Below, in pieces: positions 19,450-29,405 of a DNA stretch of 64,000 nt. The translations under genes and the position numbers were made by a program. Origin of the DNA: an uncultured Pseudomonadota bacterium (GTDB taxonomy: Bacteria; Vulcanimicrobiota; Vulcanimicrobiia; Eremiobacterales; Eremiobacteraceae); assembly GCA_963736005.1 (NCBI GenBank), contig CAVTNB010000001.1, positions 640,001 through 704,000 on the forward strand. The letters are read 5' to 3'. Numbering within the stretch: position 1 is the stretch's first letter; each line of letters starts with the position of its first letter. The notes under the pieces were generated by a model that worked only from the letters and a program-made list of their open reading frames with translations, made no database searches and had not been told where the DNA came from.

Positions 19450-21231
19450 CTATGCAGGTTGTATCTGTGCTTCCGCCAGTTGACGTTGTAGCAGTTCAAC
19501 TCGACGTCGTAGCGATTCTGCTTCCAGATGATCGTAAGCCGCGGCGGCACCAGGCGCGAGATTGCCAATCGCCTTGATCTCATCCGGGTCGAGGCTTTCT
19601 CCGTGGATATGAGAGCCGTAGAATACAATCGCCGCGAGTTCGCGGCGGACGATGATCGGCAATGTCAGGACCGGGTGAGCTGGTCCCGAAGGCACGCCTT
19701 CTGTACGCCAGGGGTGATCGTAAAGGGAGAGAGGTCCATTCTCCGCCTGGGCCAGCATCAACAGGGGATCATCCGTATGATCCAATCTTGATATGTTGGT
19801 TGCATCCCATCCCGCCGACTCTTCACGGACGTACATGCCATCTGGTCCACGACGGAAAAGGGCTGCGGAGGCTAACGACATCGCGCGTGCAGGCTCATCG
19901 ACCAGGAAGTGCGCGACAGCGTTTGTGGTGGGGGCCAGGGGCAATGCGGCCGCATCTCTTGCGAGCTGGCGTTCGGCCCGGTGGCGCTGACGGAAGAACG
20001 TCGCTTCGATTAATGAATCTACCCGCTTATGTAGCCCATTGAACCAAAAGCCACCAGCAACGGCGACACCCATCTCGGCTATAGTACCTAGTCTTGCGAG
20101 TTTGAGCTTGTCGATGAAGAGCCAATCAACGAGGGCAAAAGCACCGACGAGCAAGCTCGTTAGTATCCCGTAAACGAGCGTGCGGCTGACGACAAAGCTC
20201 ACGTCAATGACGCGATGTCTGATGACCGCGTAGGCTACGGTCAGTGGCACGATGACGGTGGATAGCTGAAACACATGTGCCAGCCATATTGGCTCGCTGG
20301 GCACGTACACGTCGAGGAAGAGACTCACAGACTGTATGGCCAAGTTGAGGCCAAACCCAACAACGACCCACCGAATGCGCTGTCTGTCTCCGCCGCGAGC
20401 GCGCATATACGTGTCCACGAACAAATACATCACCATGAGCGACCAGAGCGCAGGTATGCCGACGTAGATGCGGGTTAACAGCTCACCTGGCGGGCCGCCT
20501 ACCCAGCCCCACCAGTACGTGAAAAAAAAGCCGTAAATGAGCAGAGCTGCGAAAAGCAATGGCATCGTTCGGAGCGCCGAAAGCCGCAATCCCTTTAGCG
20601 GCTCGTTGAGGAAGCACAGCGCAAAGGCGAGCAATCCGACGATCCCGGCGGAGATGAGGAGCCAGCTGGCTGAGTACACCACATAGGGCCATGGAAACGG
20701 GAACAAGAGCGTTATGGCGTAATACGTAAAAGGAGTATTGGCTAAACAGTAGAGGAAGAATCCCCAGGTCATCAGGCTGGGTCGAAGCAACACGAGCGCG
20801 GCGCCGAGGACAATATAGAGCACAGCAACGCCAAGAATTGCAATTCGATAGGCTGCGTAAAAGTGCTCTCCTTCTGTTACCTGGGGTCTCGCGGTGAGCG
20901 TAACCAGTCGTAGAACGCCTCTGTGTGTCAACCCAAAAGTGACCTTCTGGCCGGCCTGGAGGGTGCCCGACTGCGCGGCGTACCACCTGAACCGCGCCGG
21001 GGTCGATTGTAGACTAATGGTATCGCCAATTTCCATTCCCGCCTTGGCAGCCGGTGAGCCATCAGCAACGTAGATCAACACGTCATTGCCATTGAGCGCG
21101 TAACCAAAATCGCCGATAGGGACCCATATTCGCCGCAAGTCCAATCCGCCCGCCACAAGCACAAGCAGCGACAACGCGACGACGATCAACGTGCGCAGGG
21201 TGGCTTTGTTAACTGTACTTCGTGTAACCAC
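19450..21231 (-). CDS. PDZ - multi-TM - GAF membrane protein (paralog 1)
   Basis: SPAAKAGMEIGD (PDZ); many TMs; RHRVIDVSFVVSR; LPIIVRRELAAIVFYG (GAF); coiled-coil end. Confidence 0.85.
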   Translation of the reverse strand: MVTRSTVNKATLRTLIVVALSLLVLVAGGLDLRRIWVPIGDFGYALNGNDVLIYVADGSPAAKAGMEIGDTISLQSTPARFRWYAAQSGTLQAGQKVTFGLTHRGVLRLVTLTARPQVTEGEHFYAAYRIAILGVAVLYIVLGAALVLLRPSLMTWGFFLYCLANTPFTYYAITLLFPFPWPYVVYSASWLLISAGIVGLLAFALCFLNEPLKGLRLSALRTMPLLFAALLIYGFFFTYWWGWVGGPPGELLTRIYVGIPALWSLMVMYLFVDTYMRARGGDRQRIRWVVVGFGLNLAIQSVSLFLDVYVPSEPIWLAHVFQLSTVIVPLTVAYAVIRHRVIDVSFVVSRTLVYGILTSLLVGAFALVDWLFIDKLKLARLGTIAEMGVAVAGGFWFNGLHKRVDSLIEATFFRQRHRAERQLARDAAALPLAPTTNAVAHFLVDEPARAMSLASAALFRRGPDGMYVREESAGWDATNISRLDHTDDPLLMLAQAENGPLSLYDHPWRTEGVPSGPAHPVLTLPIIVRRELAAIVFYGSHIHGESLDPDEIKAIGNLAPGAAAAYDHLEAESLRRRVELLQRQLAEAQIQPA

Positions 21232-21285
21232 GTGCGATCCTACAATAATTCGCCCCGCCGCTTTCTGTAACGGGGAGAAAGTGGC

Positions 21286-22470
21286 TTACGGATCGACTTC
21301 GTAGAATGCGCTCATGCCACCCATCATGTGGTCGCTGACATGGCAATGGAACAGCCAGACACCAGGGTCATCCGGGACCATGTCGGCGGTTACCATTTGG
21401 GCAGGTGAAAGCGCAATAACGTCGGTGCGTTGCCCGTTGACCAGCACCGTGTTGCCATGCCAATGCGCGGTGTGGAAATTGAACCCGAAGCCGATGGCAA
21501 GCAGATACCAACGCACGTGATCACCCTGCTTCATGACCATTTTTGGCCCATTGCCATAGCTATAGCCGTTGATCGTGAACCTAAAGTTGCTGTTGACAAA
21601 ACCACTTCCGTTCAACGAGAAATCGTTCTCTGCATCGACAGGAACCGCCCCAAATCGAACGGCCTCCTTCATCGTGCCTTTTGGGTCGTGAGTGTAAGCC
21701 TGGATGTTGTGATTCAAATACCAGCTCTGATTCTCGTCGAAAATGTTGAAGAGCGCGACGAATTCACGATCCACATCTTTTGGTGTGCCGTCTGGCCGCG
21801 CCATACCGTGTCGCGTAACGACGATAGCGCCAACCAGCCCGGAGTCGATGTCACGTAGTTCGTTCACGTGGGAGTGATACAGCCAGACAATGGAGCTTGG
21901 ATCGTTCGGGCCCGGTCCTGCGCGTTCTGGAACTTCCCACGTATAGGTGTAGGTATGACCAGGCGGCACCGCGCCACCCTCCTTGTCGCTGAGGGGACTT
22001 CCGTCGTTATAGGCCTGGCCTTCCGAGTCTTTTTTGTAGAAGACGCCGTGCGGGTGCATGCTGTACGGGCGCGAGGCGTTATTCTTGAAGACAACCTTAA
22101 TCGTGTCTCCTACCTCGGCGTGAATGATCGGCCCTAAGAGTCCCAAGTATTGCTCGCTGGACGGCCGAACCTTAAGTTTCGTGAACGTTGCATCCGTATA
22201 CTCGCGATACATTGCCTTACGGTAAACTTTACCGATGGAATGCGAGCCGCGAGTCATATACACTTTTTGATCTGCATCGAATGGCTTGCCGCTGACTTCG
22301 TCGATGTTGCTCGGAGCGTAATCCCATTCGACCTCATCGGCGGCGATATAATAGGTACGAACAGTTCCCGCGTTCGCACCGCTCGTGTCAGCCGCCTGAC
22401 TCGGCAGGCAAAAAAGCGACGCCATGAAAACCAGCAAGCTAAAGAGCACGCTACGACGGACTGTCGACAT
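21286..22470 (-). CDS. Two-domain multicopper oxidase, probable Tat substrate
   Basis: HPHG, YHSH, HTAHWHG, HCHVSDHMMGGM; VRRSVL signal. Confidence 0.92.
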   Translation of the reverse strand: MSTVRRSVLFSLLVFMASLFCLPSQAADTSGANAGTVRTYYIAADEVEWDYAPSNIDEVSGKPFDADQKVYMTRGSHSIGKVYRKAMYREYTDATFTKLKVRPSSEQYLGLLGPIIHAEVGDTIKVVFKNNASRPYSMHPHGVFYKKDSEGQAYNDGSPLSDKEGGAVPPGHTYTYTWEVPERAGPGPNDPSSIVWLYHSHVNELRDIDSGLVGAIVVTRHGMARPDGTPKDVDREFVALFNIFDENQSWYLNHNIQAYTHDPKGTMKEAVRFGAVPVDAENDFSLNGSGFVNSNFRFTINGYSYGNGPKMVMKQGDHVRWYLLAIGFGFNFHTAHWHGNTVLVNGQRTDVIALSPAQMVTADMVPDDPGVWLFHCHVSDHMMGGMSAFYEVDP

Positions 22471-22656
22471 GTCTTCTACTTCCTCCTCGAGACTGCGCAA
22501 AAAAATATACTAAAGGCGCGACCGAAGAAATGATTATCAGCCGCTCCTCGCTTGGCACGTTATTCAGCGGCCATTAGGAGGCTCCTTGCTTAGCGATACT
22601 CGACGTCACCTGCTCATCGAGGTGACGCACTCTGGCCGCACAAACTACAGGGCGGC

Positions 22657-23262
22657 ATGAAGCTCATTGTTCGCCCGCTCACGCTTGATCTTTGGCCAGC
22701 GTTCAAGGACCTCTTCGGCAAGAACGGCGCCTCCAATGGCTGCTGGTGCATGTATTGGCGGATTGGCAGCGCGTATCGGAAGCGGCTGCGCGAGAGAAAC
22801 AGGTCGGCATTTCGAGAGGTCGTGAAGCGCGGTCCGCCACCGGGCCTACTCGCCTTCGACGGCGACCTTGCGGTGGGCTGGTGCCAACTTACCCCGCGTG
22901 ATGCCCTGCCGTGGCTCGAGCAGGTGCGGCGACGGCAGCGCATGGACGACGCACCGGTCTGGTCGCTCTCCTGCTTCTATGTGCGCAGAGGCTATCGCAA
23001 GCGGGGAGTTCAGTTTGCACTGATTGGAGCGGCCTTGAAGTTCGCAAAACGCGCAAAGGCTCTCGCGCTCGAAGCTTATCCCATCGATACGAAGCAACCA
23101 AAGAGCACCTCGAATCTTTTTACTGGTACCGCCTCGACATTCACGCGCGCAGGATTCAAGACCGTTGCCCGCCTCGTGCCATACCGCGTGCTGATGCGCT
23201 ACGATCTGAAAACGAGCCGCGATGATGCTCGAACGCCAAAGAAAAAGGGAGGGCACCTCTAG
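22657..23262 (+). CDS. GNAT family acetyltransferase
   Basis: GCWCMYWR, CFYVRRGYRKRGV and LEAYPID motifs. Confidence 0.9.
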   Translation: MKLIVRPLTLDLWPAFKDLFGKNGASNGCWCMYWRIGSAYRKRLRERNRSAFREVVKRGPPPGLLAFDGDLAVGWCQLTPRDALPWLEQVRRRQRMDDAPVWSLSCFYVRRGYRKRGVQFALIGAALKFAKRAKALALEAYPIDTKQPKSTSNLFTGTASTFTRAGFKTVARLVPYRVLMRYDLKTSRDDARTPKKKGGHL

Positions 23263-23314
23263 GCCGGTGCGCTCCCTGATGCACCCGACGCTTCGGGCGC
23301 TTTAGGGTTTCGTG

Positions 23315-23422
23315 TTACGCGTTTCCGCACCACGTGCCGACGACGCTACATTCTTGTCCGAGGGCTTCGGCTAAGACTGTCTTCGCATCGAGCGAGGCGA
23401 GGATTCTCGGTGTGGAGTACAT
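23315..23422 (-). CDS. 35-aa peptide, RiPP-precursor-like
   Basis: AAAAGGAG SD; MYSTPRILASLDAKTVLAEALGQECSVVGTWCGNA; hairpin 23281-23298 downstream. Confidence 0.7.
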   Translation of the reverse strand: MYSTPRILASLDAKTVLAEALGQECSVVGTWCGNA

Positions 23423-23831
23423 GAGGAAGATTCTCCTTTTGAACCATCGGAGAGAGCGCCTCATCGCGCCCGATCGCTCCGTGTAGGCGGGCGACAAGAT
23501 TAATTGTACTCCCCCCGGCGTGCTATACCGCGGTGCAAAAGCCCCACGCGCCCAGAGACGCAAGCCCACTACGGCCCATATGAGGCGTACACGAGACGTA
23601 GTCCGGTGGAGTAATCGCTCGCTTACTAAGTGAGCGTGCATCATTTCTTGACGATCACGCCTCCGGATGAGTACTGTACGGACCATGTCTTGCTGTGGTG
23701 TAAATCACATCCGCAAAAATCCGCGTTTACTGTTACCAAATTCGCGGGAGACTCGGAGAGGTTGAGTAACCTTTTCTTTTCTCTTACGTCGTCGTGTTGT
23801 CATTATTTGTGACCGTCTGGATTGGGGTGCC

Positions 23832-24446
23832 GTGCGGATCAAAGAGTTTGCAGCAGCAATCAAAGCGCGAGCAACTTCAATGCTTGGAGCGGACCCGCAC
23901 GTTACGCGGCGCGACTTCTTACTCAATCTTATGCCCGAGGGATCCATATGTGCCGAAATAGGAGTTTTTAAGGGAGAGTTTTCATCCCGCATATTCCAGC
24001 TCGTCAAACCGCAGAGGCTCCATTTAATTGATCCCTGGAAATACGAGCAATCGACAACCTATGAGCACACGTGGTACGGCGGCCGGCTTGGTATAAGTCA
24101 AGCCAATATGGACCATATGTTTTACGCGGTCGCGGCCCGATTTAAGCACCAACGTAATGCCGGTACTGTCAGCATCCATAGGATGGAGTCAGCGACCGCT
24201 GCGGGGCTCTTCTCTAATGATTACTTCGACTGGGTGTACATCGATGGCAATCACAGCTACGACTACGTCAGGGCAGATCTTCTGAACTTCTATCCAAAAG
24301 TAAAAACCGGAGGCTTTATCACGGGCGATGACTACGGCTCTCAGGGTTGGTGGGGTGATGGCGTCACGAGAGCCGTGGACGAATTTCGTCGTGACTGTAC
24401 CACCGTCTTGATTCAGTCATCCCAATTCATTTTGCAGAAAACTTGA
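23832..24446 (+). CDS. Class I SAM-dependent methyltransferase (Methyltransf_24-like)
   Basis: AEIGVFKGEFS, IDPW, DWVYIDGNHSY and GDDY motifs. Confidence 0.9.
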   Translation: MRIKEFAAAIKARATSMLGADPHVTRRDFLLNLMPEGSICAEIGVFKGEFSSRIFQLVKPQRLHLIDPWKYEQSTTYEHTWYGGRLGISQANMDHMFYAVAARFKHQRNAGTVSIHRMESATAAGLFSNDYFDWVYIDGNHSYDYVRADLLNFYPKVKTGGFITGDDYGSQGWWGDGVTRAVDEFRRDCTTVLIQSSQFILQKT

Positions 24447-24449
24447 CCC

Positions 24450-25058
24450 ATGACAAAAAATATACTCGAGGTTCTCTCGCGACGACCATCGCGGCGAAGT
24501 GAAATTCAGCGGGTGTCGCTGGTCGATCCGTTGCGGCGATTCAATGGTTCAGATTTCGCACAGTTCAAATTGTTCAACACCCTTGCCAAAGCAATTGCGA
24601 CGCAGACCTCCATCATGGTCGAGTCGCTCCTCGGCGATGAAGCGATCCTCGATTGGAAGAAAGTCGGCGATTATGCAACCACACACCAAATTGCGGATCT
24701 CAGCATCCTCTGTAGTGACTGTCTCGTTCAATTTACCATCAAGGATCTGAAACTTGACGGCGCCTTGCCTCCGCTCAACGCGGGCCTGATCGTTGATATT
24801 CTGAGTCTTGTTCGTCTGATGTATGGCGACTTTGCCACAGGAGACACCTTCGGACTGCTCACCTTTGAAGAATCTCTGGAATCGCGAGACGTGAATGATC
24901 CCCAGGACATCCGCTACTTAACACGATTGCTCGATCAACTGATGAACATACCTCAATCGCCGAAGAACCCGCAGCGTGAGGCAAAGATTCACAAACTACG
25001 TACCTTGTTTAGTGAACACCGGCGCGCATTTTCATACACATTACACAGCGTTCTTTAG
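24450..25058 (+). CDS. Hypothetical protein
   Basis: 202-aa ORF starting 3 nt after the methyltransferase; no motif recognised. Confidence 0.55.
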   Translation: MTKNILEVLSRRPSRRSEIQRVSLVDPLRRFNGSDFAQFKLFNTLAKAIATQTSIMVESLLGDEAILDWKKVGDYATTHQIADLSILCSDCLVQFTIKDLKLDGALPPLNAGLIVDILSLVRLMYGDFATGDTFGLLTFEESLESRDVNDPQDIRYLTRLLDQLMNIPQSPKNPQREAKIHKLRTLFSEHRRAFSYTLHSVL

Positions 25059-25651
25059 AGTTTGTTCCAGTCACTTTCGGATGCGCCGCGCCACTCCATG
25101 GCCGTGCTGATTTCATCCGCGAGCGAACGTCCCCACAAGTCGGCAACCAGAGCGAGCGACATGTCGATGCCTGCGGAGATACCCGCCGAGGTCCACACTC
25201 GCTCATGGATTGTCATGCGAGGGCCTTCGCGAACGACCACACCGGGGTGGGCTCGCAGCATATCGTAAGCGGTGTGATGCGTGGTTGCTTCTTTACCTTC
25301 GAGCAAACCCGCAGCCGCGAGCACCAACGCGCCCGTGCAAACCGATGCAACGATGCCTTGTTGCCGGCGGATGAAGTCGAGAATGGGCTTGCTCTTGACG
25401 GCGTGCGTGCGCGCGCCCAAACCGCCTGGGACGATCAACAGATCGAAGTCTGCGCAGTCCGAAATGAGCTCGTGCGCGACAACCTGCAATCCATATCGAC
25501 AGCGTACCTTGCGCGAGTCGTGCCCAACAATGCTAACCGCACCCTTCTCTCGCAAGCGCACCGCCATCCCAAACACTTCAAGCGGGCCTACGAAATCAAG
25601 TTCTTCAACGTCATCAAAGACGAGGATTCCGATGCGATCAACTTCACGCAT
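25055..25651 (-). CDS. DJ-1/PfpI family protein
   Basis: EELDFVGPLEVF, VPGG, SVCTGA and TSAGISAGID motifs. Confidence 0.93.
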   Translation of the reverse strand: MREVDRIGILVFDDVEELDFVGPLEVFGMAVRLREKGAVSIVGHDSRKVRCRYGLQVVAHELISDCADFDLLIVPGGLGARTHAVKSKPILDFIRRQQGIVASVCTGALVLAAAGLLEGKEATTHHTAYDMLRAHPGVVVREGPRMTIHERVWTSAGISAGIDMSLALVADLWGRSLADEISTAMEWRGASESDWNKL

Positions 25652-25748
25652 AGCCGCTCATGACTCCACACTAGCGAGTCGCGTTCCCTGCCGCCGGCGC
25701 TAGCATGACAGTCTTGCGCTAACTGAGAACGTACGCCAACGCGTGCTC

Positions 25749-25774
25749 GGGCGATGTTCCAATCGCCCGCTACA
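25749..25774 (-). repeat. GTAG-tagged REP, family 1
   Basis: gggcgatgttccaatcgcccgctaca. Confidence 0.85.
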
Positions 25775-25786
25775 GAGGTAGCCGAC

Positions 25787-26392
25787 ATGGCGTCGTTCGA
25801 TCACATAGCGCCCATCGCATCGCTCGTTATCTCTTTTGCAACGGTGCTCTTTAGCACGCTGCTGCTTTCCCGGCAAGTGCGACAAATGGAGCACGAACGC
25901 AACGCCCTTGCCATTCTTCGCGCGATCGAGCGTCTGACGTCCCCAACGATCGTGCACGTCTTTATTCAGCTTCGGGACGTCGCGGCGCGCTACCCAAACG
26001 ACGAAGCTCTGCGTGACCGATTCCTCGGCTCGGCTGACGAGGAAGCCCTCGAGATAGTTGGACAATATGTGGAGACGATCGCTACTTTGGCCCGCCGTGA
26101 GGTGCTCGACGCCTCGCTCCTCGTTGATGCGGTAGGGCTAATGCTGCGGACTCGTTGGACCGCCATTCGAGACTTTGTCTACCACCTGCGACGCTTTCAG
26201 GGCAATCCGTATATGTTCGAAAATTTCGAGTGGCTCGCCCGTTACAGTGCGTGGTGGAAGGAAGTGCCGCGCCCCGCTGGTACGGAAAACTATCAAGACT
26301 CGCAGTTTGTTCCGAGCATCGACGATGAATTCGAGCACTTGCAGAAGCGGGCGATTTCCGAGTCGCCTACCGCGGAGCAAACGGTGCCATGA
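25787..26392 (+). CDS. DUF4760-like membrane-anchored protein (paralog 2)
   Basis: N-terminal TM; QYVETIATLAR; FENFEWLA. Confidence 0.8.
   Translation: MASFDHIAPIASLVISFATVLFSTLLLSRQVRQMEHERNALAILRAIERLTSPTIVHVFIQLRDVAARYPNDEALRDRFLGSADEEALEIVGQYVETIATLARREVLDASLLVDAVGLMLRTRWTAIRDFVYHLRRFQGNPYMFENFEWLARYSAWWKEVPRPAGTENYQDSQFVPSIDDEFEHLQKRAISESPTAEQTVP
26349..26370 (-). repeat. Degenerate family 1 REP inside a CDS tail
   Basis: gggcgatttccgagtcgcctac, read as RAISESPT. Confidence 0.6.
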
Positions 26393-26823
26393 AATGGGTC
26401 ACACGCAAGAATGCCAACGTCGACCGCATCGCGTGTCCGTGGCTGATTCAACGCTTCGTCGATCCTAAAGCCGAGTTCTTGTATGTTGGAAGCGATGACG
26501 TGATGCGCGTGGCACAAGCCGAGGGCGCGACACCGTATGACGTGCCGAACGTCGAACTAGGGCATGTTGACGGGCGCTGTAGTTTTGAGTCGATCCTCGT
26601 CAAATATGATTTGCAAGATCCCGCGCTTCGATTGCTTGGGAGGATCGTTCATGGGGCTGATGTGGCGGACGATATTTCGATTGAGCCGGAGGCAGCGGGC
26701 TTGCGTGCGATGGCCCAGGGATTCGCGACCGTTTATGGCGACGCCGACCACGAGAAACTCTCACTCGAGTGGCCAATGTACGATGCCCTGTACGCGTGGT
26801 GCCAAAATAAGCTGAAGTCTTGA
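26389..26823 (+). CDS. Chromate resistance ChrB-domain protein
   Basis: MKWVTR..VDRIACPWLI.RFVD, CSFE and YDALYAWC motifs. Confidence 0.9.
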   Translation: MKWVTRKNANVDRIACPWLIQRFVDPKAEFLYVGSDDVMRVAQAEGATPYDVPNVELGHVDGRCSFESILVKYDLQDPALRLLGRIVHGADVADDISIEPEAAGLRAMAQGFATVYGDADHEKLSLEWPMYDALYAWCQNKLKS

Positions 26824-26833
26824 ATCAAACCCC

Positions 26834-27982
26834 GTGACAACGTTCAATATTATTGTCGCCGCGCGAGTGACGCGCGCGTTCGGGTTCGGCGTGATGTCCG
26901 TAGCTCTGGCTCTGTACCTCAGCGAGCGCGGGCTGTCTCCATTTGCGGTCGGCGCGATGTTGACTTTGGCACTCTTGGCCGGCGCAGCGTTCCTCTCGAT
27001 GGCGGCGCCGCTCAGCGGAAAGCTCGGTAGGCGCGACGCACTCCTCATCGCCGCGGGAGCGATGTGTGCTGCGGGTCTCGCCCTGGGCATCCCTGGCGGA
27101 TGGTTGACCCTTGTGCTGGCATGTTTGCTGGGCACGCTGAGCGCGGGAGGTCAGGAAGTCGGCCCGTTCGCCGCGATAGAACAGCACGCCGTCGCAGAAT
27201 CGGTGCCCGCCTCCGCTTCGGCGCATGCTTTTGCAATCTACAACCTCGGAGGCGCGTTCGCGCTCGCTTTGGGTGCCCTCGCCGCCGCTGCGATTCCAAC
27301 AGCTTCCATTCCATGGGCGTACGCCGGCTGCGGCCTCTTGCTTTTTGCCGTGTATGCCACGCTCCCTAAAGAGAGCGCGGCGCCACTTTCCAGACCCGCT
27401 GCAGCCAACCGCAAGCCGTTCGGCCCGGCCGAGCGCCTCGCGGTGTTGTTTGGGGTGGACGCACTCGCCGGTGGTTTCGTCGTGCAAAGTTTTCTCGCGT
27501 ATTGGTTGCACGTGCGCTTCGGTGCGGACCAGCAGCAGCTCGGGCTTGTTCTCTTTGGAGCTAACACCTTAGCCGCGCTGTCGTACCCGCTAGCAGCATG
27601 GCTCTCGCTACGAATCGGGTTGCTGCGCACGATGGTGTTCACGCATCTGCCGTCAAACGTGCTGCTCTGCATCGTGCCATTGATGCCGACATTCCACGGC
27701 GCTGTCGCCGTGTTACTTGCCCGCTTTGCTCTGTCGCAGATGGACGTGCCGACGCGCCAAGCATTCACGCTCGCCTCGGTGGAACCAGAAAACCGCGCGC
27801 ACGCGGCCGCACTGACCAACGCTGTAAGACCCGCCGCAGCGGCGATCGCGCCCATCTTCGCGGGGATTGCTATGCAGACGGCGGCAGTCGGGTTGCCATT
27901 CTTTCTTGCAGGCGGGTTAAAGATCGTCTACGATCTTGCAATCTTTGCGTCGTTCCGAAGGGTTGACCAAACCGGGCCCTAA
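26834..27982 (+). CDS. MFS transporter
   Basis: About 12 TMs; KLGRR; FTHLPSN; SQMDVPTRQ. Confidence 0.9.
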   Translation: MTTFNIIVAARVTRAFGFGVMSVALALYLSERGLSPFAVGAMLTLALLAGAAFLSMAAPLSGKLGRRDALLIAAGAMCAAGLALGIPGGWLTLVLACLLGTLSAGGQEVGPFAAIEQHAVAESVPASASAHAFAIYNLGGAFALALGALAAAAIPTASIPWAYAGCGLLLFAVYATLPKESAAPLSRPAAANRKPFGPAERLAVLFGVDALAGGFVVQSFLAYWLHVRFGADQQQLGLVLFGANTLAALSYPLAAWLSLRIGLLRTMVFTHLPSNVLLCIVPLMPTFHGAVAVLLARFALSQMDVPTRQAFTLASVEPENRAHAAALTNAVRPAAAAIAPIFAGIAMQTAAVGLPFFLAGGLKIVYDLAIFASFRRVDQTGP

Positions 27983-27983
27983 C

Positions 27984-28009
27984 AGGCGATTTTTCAGTTG
28001 CCCGCTACA
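27984..28009 (-). repeat. GTAG-tagged REP, family 1 (degenerate)
   Basis: aggcgatttttcagttgcccgctaca filling the gap between convergent genes. Confidence 0.65.
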
Positions 28010-28010
28010 A

Positions 28011-29405
28011 TTACGACGCTTTGGCGATGGCGGCTGCGATCATTTCGTCTTGACTCTTACGATCTTTCCAGCGAGCCTGCGCCTGTGGAGAGAGCTGGTC
28101 AATGGGATCGAAATACAAGAACCACTCTCCGGGCTTGACGCTGGGCGCACTATAGACAGCGATCCCGCTCTCGCGGTCGTAGTAGTCGTAACTGTGCAAG
28201 TCGCGCTTGCCGCCGCCGCCGGGCGCGTCGCACACGAAGGTGGGCGTATTGAACCCAGCCGTGGAGCCGCGTACGAACTTCTCGATATCGATGGCCGTTT
28301 GGACGGTGGTGCGAAGATCTTCCACGCCCTTGACCATGTCGTGCATATACACGTAGTAGGGGTGGACGTTGATGTAGCCAAGCCGGCGAACGAGCAGCTG
28401 CATCGTGCGCTTGTTGTCATTCACGCCGCGAATCAACACGCTCTGGTTGCGGACCATCACACCGCGCTCAAACAGCAACTGTAAAGCCCTTTGCGTGATC
28501 CACGTGATCTCGTTTGGATGATTAAAGTGCGTGTGCAGCATGACATCTTTGCCCATGGTCCGCCCACGTTCCACGAGGGATATCAAGGCATCGGTCCAGG
28601 CCGTGTCGGTGAGAATCTTGCTGGGCATGATGGCTGGGCCTTTGGAGGCAATGCGGATTCTGCGTACGTTGGGGAGATCCAGCAAAGCATCCCCGATCTT
28701 CTTGAGACTCTTGGCCGGCAACTGGTAGGCGTCACCACCCGAGACAACGATGTCTTGGAGTTCCGGGCGCGAGGCAATGTACTCGAACGCCTGCTGCCAG
28801 CGCTGCTGATTGGTAGCCAGCTCGGCCTTCTCAACGACTTCCGTGTCGCCACCGATAGCATACGAGCGCGTGCAGTAGCGGCAATAGACCGGACACACGT
28901 TGGTGGGCAAGAACAGAGCTTTGTCCACGTAGCGGTGCGTCAGCCCCGGGATGGGAGAGTCATCCAATTCGTGGAGCGAGTCCAGCGACAACTTTGGGTG
29001 ATCCGGTAAGAGGCGAGAGGCGAGCGGAATGAACTGCGTGCGAATCGGATCGGTATAGGGATTCTTCCAATCGATGAGCGCGATTGCATACGGCGAGACG
29101 CGCACATTCATGGGAGCCCGATGGAACCCAGCACGGACGTCATCAATGAAGTGATCAGGTGCCAGCTCTTGGATGGTGGCAAGCAGTTCCTCTGGGGTCT
29201 TCACCGAGCGCTGGTATTGCCAGAGGTGATTGAGAAAAGTTTCCTCATCCACGTCGCGGTACGCCGGCACGTTGCGCCAGAACTCGCCTTGCAGCAGGTT
29301 CATGTGCTCCAAAGCTTCAGGGCCGGCCGGCGGCCGTACCGAGTGAACGAGCGGTTGCGCGACGTGGTTCGTGCCTTTGGTTGAAACTGTTGCAGCGTCT
29401 GACAT
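28011..29405 (-). CDS. KamA family radical SAM aminomutase
   Basis: CPVYCRYC, SGGD, THFNHPNEI, NQSVLIRGVND, PLP-lysine motif APGGGGK. Confidence 0.92.
   Translation of the reverse strand: MSDAATVSTKGTNHVAQPLVHSVRPPAGPEALEHMNLLQGEFWRNVPAYRDVDEETFLNHLWQYQRSVKTPEELLATIQELAPDHFIDDVRAGFHRAPMNVRVSPYAIALIDWKNPYTDPIRTQFIPLASRLLPDHPKLSLDSLHELDDSPIPGLTHRYVDKALFLPTNVCPVYCRYCTRSYAIGGDTEVVEKAELATNQQRWQQAFEYIASRPELQDIVVSGGDAYQLPAKSLKKIGDALLDLPNVRRIRIASKGPAIMPSKILTDTAWTDALISLVERGRTMGKDVMLHTHFNHPNEITWITQRALQLLFERGVMVRNQSVLIRGVNDNKRTMQLLVRRLGYINVHPYYVYMHDMVKGVEDLRTTVQTAIDIEKFVRGSTAGFNTPTFVCDAPGGGGKRDLHSYDYYDRESGIAVYSAPSVKPGEWFLYFDPIDQLSPQAQARWKDRKSQDEMIAAAIAKAS

Noticed and set aside
23530..23590. c-di-GMP-I riboswitch (GCAAAA..GACGCAAGCC)
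   Set aside because: Only loose word matches; the required stems could not be built.
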